Source of the DNA: an uncultured Alphaproteobacteria bacterium
GTDB taxonomy: Bacteria > Pseudomonadota > Alphaproteobacteria > Puniceispirillales > Puniceispirillaceae
Reading direction: 5' to 3'
Length of the DNA stretch: 32,926 nucleotides
Assembly: GCA_913045915.1 (NCBI GenBank)
Contig: CAJWSS010000001.1
Location: 1 to 32,926, forward strand
Positions 27,932 through 32,926 of this stretch are shown here, piece by piece. Position 1 is the first letter of the stretch. Each line of letters opens with the position of its first letter. A model generated the notes under the pieces. That model did not search any database. It worked only from the letters and a program-made list of their open reading frames with translations, and was not told the DNA's origin. Both the position numbers and the translations under genes were made by a program.

Positions 27932-28617
27932 ACATGGAACTGGCAATACAAGGCATAACGCGTGAAACGCTGAAAAATTGGCGCGTGGCATTACTTGCAC
28001 GCGAACGTGATGGGGCCGAGGCATGCATTGCCACCGAAGACCAGTTGCTTGAGTCGCGCCGTTTGGTAATTGCCGATGACGCTGATGTTTCAGATTTCTG
28101 GGTGTTTGGCTATGGCAGTCTGATTTACAATCCAATCATCGACCATAAACAACGCGCGATTGCGTCAATTTATGGCTATCACCGGCGATTTTGTTTATGG
28201 ACAAAAATCGGGCGCGGGTCACCAGACTGCCCCGGGTTGGTTTTGTCGCTTGATCGTGGGGGGTCTTGCAAAGGTGTTGCCTTTCAATTGAACCCGCAAA
28301 ATGCCATTGATGAGCTGGATTTATTGTGGCGCCGCGAGATGATGACAATGGCCTATCAGCCACGGTTATTATCCCTGCATACGGATATTGGCCTGAAGCG
28401 CGGACTTGCCTTTGTTGCCAATCCCACCCGCCCGGCTTATGCGCAACCCATGCCATTTGAGGCGACTGTCGAGGTGGTCGCACATGCGGCTGGTTTCAAC
28501 GGGCCTTGCCGAGAGTATCTTTATGACACGGTCAAAGGCATGCAAGCTTGCGGCATTCGCGACCATCAATTGGAAAAACTCGCCGCCGCAGTGCAGCAGA
28601 GACTTGCTTCACACTGA
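27928..28617 (+). CDS. chaC: Glutathione-specific gamma-glutamylcyclotransferase, ChaC family
   Basis: WVFGYGSLI, GYHRRFC, RGSPDCPGLVLSL, LWRREM, GPCREYL; ATGA overlap with mscS. Confidence 0.9.
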   Translation: MNMELAIQGITRETLKNWRVALLARERDGAEACIATEDQLLESRRLVIADDADVSDFWVFGYGSLIYNPIIDHKQRAIASIYGYHRRFCLWTKIGRGSPDCPGLVLSLDRGGSCKGVAFQLNPQNAIDELDLLWRREMMTMAYQPRLLSLHTDIGLKRGLAFVANPTRPAYAQPMPFEATVEVVAHAAGFNGPCREYLYDTVKGMQACGIRDHQLEKLAAAVQQRLASH

Positions 28618-28632
28618 TATTTTGGGTACAGA
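28604..28632 (+). promoter_or_regulatory. Putative promoter for tRNA-Leu, with -35 inside the last chaC codons
   Basis: TTGCTT-N17-TACAGA ending 18 nt before the tRNA 5' end. Confidence 0.45.
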
Positions 28633-28650
28633 CTGTTGGTGTTGGGCTAT

Positions 28651-28736
28651 GCGGCTGTGGCGGAATGGTAGACGCGGCGGATTCAAAATCCGCTTCTGGT
28701 GACAGAGTGGGGGTTCAAGTCCCTTCAGCCGTACCA
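28651..28736 (+). tRNA. tRNA-Leu (anticodon CAA)
   Basis: Acceptor stem GCGGCTG/CAGCCGT, D-arm with GGTA, anticodon arm GCGGA-TTCAAAA-TCCGC, long variable arm, T-loop TTCAAGT, discriminator A, encoded CCA. Confidence 0.97.
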
Positions 28737-28821
28737 CCCAATTTTTGATGTTATTGGCAGTAATGCCACGCCTGCCTCTGGTCACATATTGACGACCGCC
28801 ATCCAAAACCGGTGATGTGAT

Positions 28822-29400
28822 ATGAAGTTGTGGCAATTTATCAAACAACAATATGATTTTGTCATCCGGACCGCTGGCACGCCGCTGGCGACCCGATTAA
28901 TGCTGGTATATTCAGCTCTGGAATCGATCATTATTCCGATCCCGGTCGACCCGCTTTTGGTCGCCGTGGTATTGGCGAAATCAGGCGCATGGCGACGCAT
29001 TGCATTTGCCTGCACCGTCGCATCGGTTGTTGGTGGGGCTGGCGGCTGGGCGCTGGGGGCATTTTTAGGCCTGCATATCCATGAACTGATCAGCAGTCTG
29101 CCAGTGGCACTGGCGGCCCCCTCAGCCTTTGCCGCGGTTGAGGCTGGATTTGCTGAATTCGGGCTGATTTTGGTATTTCTTGGCGCGTTTTCACCGCTAC
29201 CCTATAAAGTGATCGCGGTGAGTGCGGGCATCGGCGGGTTTGGTTTGTTGCCGTTTTTGTTGATGTCATTTATTGGCCGTGGATTGCGATTTGGCGTCGT
29301 TGCCGCGATTGCACGGCATCATGGCGACGCAAAAAAGCTGATCAGCCTTGTTTCACTTCTTGTGGCATTGTTTGCGGGGGCCATATGGCTGACAAAATAA
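28822..29400 (+). CDS. YqaA/DedA (VTT domain) family membrane protein
   Basis: ESIIIPIPVDPLL, SVVGG, SPLPYKV, GRGLRF. Confidence 0.85.
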   Translation: MKLWQFIKQQYDFVIRTAGTPLATRLMLVYSALESIIIPIPVDPLLVAVVLAKSGAWRRIAFACTVASVVGGAGGWALGAFLGLHIHELISSLPVALAAPSAFAAVEAGFAEFGLILVFLGAFSPLPYKVIAVSAGIGGFGLLPFLLMSFIGRGLRFGVVAAIARHHGDAKKLISLVSLLVALFAGAIWLTK

Positions 29401-29894
29401 ACCAGTTTCTGCCACCAATCACGCCTGGTCAGGGGATTTTGCTTTGCGGGGCTATTTCAGCCAGCCTCTATGCCGGCGCGTTGTGGTTTCAATATGTTGG
29501 CGGGCTTAGCCCCTGTAGCCTGTGTTTGTGGCAGCGCTGGCCGCACATCATGATCGCGGTGCTGGCGGTGCTGGCCTTATTTATACGGATGCCCCGCCTT
29601 ATTCTGACAGCCATAGCCATAACCGCCGCAACCAGTGTGATTCTGGCGGCATACCATGCTGGGGTTGAATGGCAATTATGGTCTGGCCCTGGGGGGTGTA
29701 CCGCCAGTTTAACCAGCGGTGATGATCTGACCAGCCTGACAGATAGTCTCTTGGCGACACCGGTCGTTAGATGCGATCAGGTAGCGTGGTCATTTCTGGG
29801 CCTATCGATGGCCGGCTGGAATAGCCTGTTCAGCCTTGACATATGTTTGATTGCGCTTATCTGCTTACTACAGGGAAAGAAGGTAGCATCATGA
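29385..29894 (+). CDS. dsbB: Disulfide bond formation protein B
   Basis: PCSLCLWQRW, YHAGVEW..W.GP..C, VVRCD...W.FLGLSMAGWN; two cysteine pairs. Confidence 0.88.
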   Translation: MADKINQFLPPITPGQGILLCGAISASLYAGALWFQYVGGLSPCSLCLWQRWPHIMIAVLAVLALFIRMPRLILTAIAITAATSVILAAYHAGVEWQLWSGPGGCTASLTSGDDLTSLTDSLLATPVVRCDQVAWSFLGLSMAGWNSLFSLDICLIALICLLQGKKVAS

Positions 29895-30424
29895 CATCAC
29901 GTAACCCGACCACATCACGCCGCGACATTGAGAGATTTCTTCGTGTTGACCATGCCGGCGAACGGGCGGCGCAACAAATCTACAAAGGACAGCTTGCGGT
30001 TCTGGCAAATCATGAGATGGCTGATGAAATCCGCCATATGATGGATCAGGAAGTTGAACATCTAGAAACATTTGACCATCTGTTGAACGAACGAAAAGTC
30101 CGGCCTTCATTGCTCGACCCGTTATGGGGTGCGGCCGGGTTTACCCTTGGCGTTGTCACCGCCGCCATGGGGCCAAAAGCCGCTATGGCCTGCACCATTG
30201 CGGTGGAAGAAGTGATTGGTGAACATTATCAAAAGCAAGCTGATATTTTAGGCGAGGATGAACGCGATTTACACGCCATTGTTGAACGGTTTCGTGATGA
30301 AGAGCTAGAACATCGCGATATTGCCGTTGATCATGACGGACGCGAGGCACGGCATTATGATCTGTTGCGGAGCGTGATTCAGCGTGGGTGCCGTACCGCG
30401 ATCAAAATTGCTGAAAAAATCTAG
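29891..30424 (+). CDS. coq7: Demethoxyubiquinone hydroxylase (Coq7 di-iron family)
   Basis: RVDHAGE, QEVEH, AMACTIAVEEVIGEHY, DEELEH di-iron ligands; ATGA overlap with dsbB. Confidence 0.92.
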   Translation: MTSRNPTTSRRDIERFLRVDHAGERAAQQIYKGQLAVLANHEMADEIRHMMDQEVEHLETFDHLLNERKVRPSLLDPLWGAAGFTLGVVTAAMGPKAAMACTIAVEEVIGEHYQKQADILGEDERDLHAIVERFRDEELEHRDIAVDHDGREARHYDLLRSVIQRGCRTAIKIAEKI

Positions 30425-30999
30425 GCAGACTCATCATCATCCTGCTGTAACTCGGTGTCCCAATACAGATAATCGCGCCAAGACTCATGCAAATAATTCG
30501 GCGGAAACGCCCGCCCATTTTCCTGTAATTGCCAAACATTCGGCGCCACCGGCGTGGCCAATGGATGCATCCCAGATTGGCCGGGCATTTTATTGGCTTT
30601 TCGCAAGTTACATGGCCCACAGGCGGCCACCACATTTGTCCATGACGTGCGCCCGCCACGTGATTTTGGAATAACATGGTCAAACGTTAATTCAGACGCG
30701 ACAAAGCCATTACCGCAATATTGACAGGAAAACCGGTCGCGTAAAAACACATTAAAGCGGGTAAAGGCCGGGTTGCGGGTTTGTGGCACATATTCTTTCA
30801 GCGCGATAACCGATGGCAGTTTCATTGTCAGGCTAGGCGATGAAATTTGCTGATCATATTCTGAAATGATCGTCACCCGATCCGACCAGACAGCTTTGAT
30901 GGTGTCCTGCCATGACCATAGTGACAGCGGAAAATAATTTAGTGGCCGAAAATCTGCGTTAAGCGCCAATGCCGGCGCAAACCCCCCTGCGTTCATCAT
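30421..30999 (-). CDS. HNH endonuclease (McrA/COG1403-like, solitary)
   Basis: FTRFNVFLRD..CQYCG, LTFDHVIPKSRGG, NVVAACGPCNLRK; AGGGAG Shine-Dalgarno just before ATG 30999/30996. Confidence 0.92.
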   Translation of the reverse strand: MMNAGGFAPALALNADFRPLNYFPLSLWSWQDTIKAVWSDRVTIISEYDQQISSPSLTMKLPSVIALKEYVPQTRNPAFTRFNVFLRDRFSCQYCGNGFVASELTFDHVIPKSRGGRTSWTNVVAACGPCNLRKANKMPGQSGMHPLATPVAPNVWQLQENGRAFPPNYLHESWRDYLYWDTELQQDDDESA

Positions 31000-31073
31000 A
31001 CACTCCCTTGCCAGATCAAACGCATCCGATGAAAAAAGCAAAACATGCCGCGCCGGCAAATACAACCCCAGCC

Positions 31074-31120
31074 AATCAATATATTGTGGTGCGACAGTAT
31101 GACGCCGCTATATATCGTTT
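31074..31120 (-). promoter_or_regulatory. Tandem NrdR-type boxes upstream of the HNH gene
   Basis: Minus strand AAACGATATATAGCGG (31120-31105) and CCACAATATATTGATT (31089-31074) match the NrdR consensus acaCwAtATaTwGtg; the cores are 31 bp apart. Confidence 0.7.
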
Positions 31121-31152
31121 CGTAAAAAAACATCAGAGACAGCTTGTGTCGA

Positions 31153-31809
31153 TCAATCGGTGATATGCGATGCCAAAAACGTAATCGAAGCGGTCAGACC
31201 ATCTGGGTCAATACCGTGGCCAAGGCCGGGCCGTTCGACACTATCAACAACAACACCAAGCGGTTGCAGTATCTGTACCGCTTCATGCATCAATGCGCAT
31301 GGCACGACCTGATCATCGCTACCATGCACCAACTGCACCGGTGGATAGGGGGTGTCTGGCATGGCTGATAAATCTTCATGTTGTAATAACGCACCTGAGA
31401 AACTGATGATAGCGGCAGGGGCTGGTTGCAACCGCAAGCCGCAATGCAACGCCATCATACCGCCTTGGGAAAACCCAGCCAACACAAGGGCAGATTCGGT
31501 CAAGCTGAACGCCGACAACAGCGCGGCAATGGCCGTCTTTATGATCGGCGCGGCATAATCTGGGCCATTGACCCGGTCTTCGATATCAAACCATTCGCGT
31601 CCAGCCGGGTTCATTTTGCACGGATCTGGCCCATTCGGCACGAAAAATGCCATGCCCGGAAACCGGATCGCATAGGGCCGCGCCAAATCAGCAAGATCAT
31701 TGCCATCAGCCCCCCAGCCATGTAGCAACATCATCACCTGTGTCGGGGCACCGCCATGTGCTGGCGGGACATATGGGCCAATCAGGCCACCAAATTCACG
31801 AAGTTCCAT
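31153..31809 (-). CDS. Phospholipase/carboxylesterase (alpha/beta hydrolase)
   Basis: LHGWGADGNDL, GFSQG nucleophile elbow, HGSDDQVVP, GHGI; GAGGGG Shine-Dalgarno. Confidence 0.9.
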   Translation of the reverse strand: MELREFGGLIGPYVPPAHGGAPTQVMMLLHGWGADGNDLADLARPYAIRFPGMAFFVPNGPDPCKMNPAGREWFDIEDRVNGPDYAAPIIKTAIAALLSAFSLTESALVLAGFSQGGMMALHCGLRLQPAPAAIISFSGALLQHEDLSAMPDTPYPPVQLVHGSDDQVVPCALMHEAVQILQPLGVVVDSVERPGLGHGIDPDGLTASITFLASHITD

Positions 31810-31946
31810 AAATCCCCTCTTCGATATACCGCCATATTATCAAGGCTTTTAACGCGCTGAACGCGATCGTCATGCTGGTTATATTGACGAAAGTGTTGCA
31901 AAGCGATAGGTCTGAGGCAAGCAAAACAGCCGGGTATCTGTCGGTA

Positions 31947-32804
31947 ATGGCACCGTTTCACACCAGATTTGCACCCAGCCCCACCGGGCCTTTGCACCGC
32001 GGGCACATCTATGCCGCACAGGTTGCCCATCATTTTGCCAGACAAACTGGTGGTGCCTTCACCCTGCGCATTGACGATATTGACCATACCAGATGCCGCG
32101 ATCAGTTCACCAAGGCTATCTATGATGATTTACGCTGGCTAGGGCTGACATGGGACGGGCCGGTGCCATTTCAAAGCCATAGGCTAGAGGCCTATCAGAC
32201 GGCGCTACAGACACTGCAAAAGCGCGATCTTGTCTATCCTTGTTTTCTCAGCCGTAAAGAATTGGCCGATATTTTAAGTGCGCCCCATGGCCACCCTGCC
32301 GCCGTCAGCATTCGCGATACCGATAAACTCTTGCCAGACCATGAACAACAACGCCGCGCCGCTGGTGGCATGGCGGCCGCTTGGCGCCTGCGCATGGACC
32401 GGGCAGTCCACAGCGCCGCCGCCGCATCGCTTACTTGGTATGATCACCTCACCGGCACACAGCGCCTTACCCCAGAAATTTTTGGTGATGCTATTATTGC
32501 CCGCGGCGATATTGGAGTCTCATATCATCTGGCGGTGGTCGTTGATGATGCGCTTGATAACATCTCGCTGGTCACTCGTGGTATCGATCTAGCACCGTCA
32601 ACGCATCTGCACAGATTGTTGCAAGCATTACTTGGCTTACCAACACCCGACTACCTGCATCATGAATTGGTATGTGATGCCGCTGGCAAGCGCTTAGCCA
32701 AACGAGATCAAGCGCAGAGCATCGCACAATTACGCGATGACGGGGTAGATCAAAATGACCTGCTCGGTACGCTGCCAGCCTTACCCCAGCTATCGCCGTT
32801 ATAA
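31947..32804 (+). CDS. gluQ: tRNA glutamyl-Q(34) synthetase GluQRS
   Basis: RFAPSPTGPLHRGH, LRIDDIDHTR, YHLAVVVDD, RGIDL, KRLAKR; catalytic domain only, no anticodon-binding domain. Confidence 0.9.
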   Translation: MAPFHTRFAPSPTGPLHRGHIYAAQVAHHFARQTGGAFTLRIDDIDHTRCRDQFTKAIYDDLRWLGLTWDGPVPFQSHRLEAYQTALQTLQKRDLVYPCFLSRKELADILSAPHGHPAAVSIRDTDKLLPDHEQQRRAAGGMAAAWRLRMDRAVHSAAAASLTWYDHLTGTQRLTPEIFGDAIIARGDIGVSYHLAVVVDDALDNISLVTRGIDLAPSTHLHRLLQALLGLPTPDYLHHELVCDAAGKRLAKRDQAQSIAQLRDDGVDQNDLLGTLPALPQLSPL

Positions 32805-32891
32805 TTTCCAATTCGGAAACATATTAATATCTGTAACGCTCATCTTGAGTATTATTTTCGAAATTTGTGCAATTTTTATCCTTGCTGGGGG

Positions 32892-32920
32892 TTGACTTAA
32901 ATTGTTGCAAAGCTCATATA
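32892..32920 (+). promoter_or_regulatory. Sigma70-like promoter for a gene beyond the window
   Basis: TTGACT-N17-CATATA in an AT-rich intergenic stretch. Confidence 0.5.
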
Positions 32921-32926
32921 CGTCGT

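Noticed and set aside
28737-28821. Possible integrative element at tRNA-Leu
   Set aside because: I saw no integrase and no repeat of the tRNA 3' end in the window.
30421-30424. coq7 and HNH stop codons share the palindrome CTAG
   Set aside because: A common compact arrangement for convergent genes; no function can be inferred.
30421-30999. HNH gene as a homing endonuclease, restriction system or Cas-associated nuclease
   Set aside because: No intron, intein, methyltransferase, repeats or cas genes nearby, and its neighbours are core genes.
1-32926. CRISPR arrays, IS elements, tandem repeats, rRNA
   Set aside because: None seen by eye; nearly all the sequence is accounted for by intact housekeeping genes. 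Short dispersed repeats could have been missed without a self-alignment.

Overview
A gene-dense housekeeping region from an alphaproteobacterium. Gene content and order are consistent with a marine Rhodospirillales/SAR116-like lineage, but that is inference, not a database result. It holds about 32 protein genes and one tRNA-Leu(CAA): a truncated MFS transporter, gshA-rsmE/ubiA, argC plus a GGCT-fold hypothetical, pmbA, a lipid A cluster (CtpA-like phosphatase, msbA, GT9, DUF374/LpxJ, waaA, lpxK, lpxL), xseA/purD, tadA/rluB-rsmD, ribF-ileS-lspA-DUF3035-mutL, mscS-chaC, yqaA-dsbB-coq7, a solitary HNH endonuclease, a carboxylesterase and gluQ. I saw no mobile element, CRISPR array, prophage or clear defence island. 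The most interesting signals are: (1) two NrdR-type boxes 31 bp apart in front of the HNH nuclease, suggesting a nuclease controlled by dNTP pools; (2) an unannotated gamma-glutamylcyclotransferase-like gene overlapping argC; (3) a CtpA-like phosphatase beside the lipid A genes; (4) sigma70-like promoters 6-9 nt from start codons at most divergent gene pairs, suggesting leaderless mRNAs; (5) a GluQ that has lost its zinc ligands.
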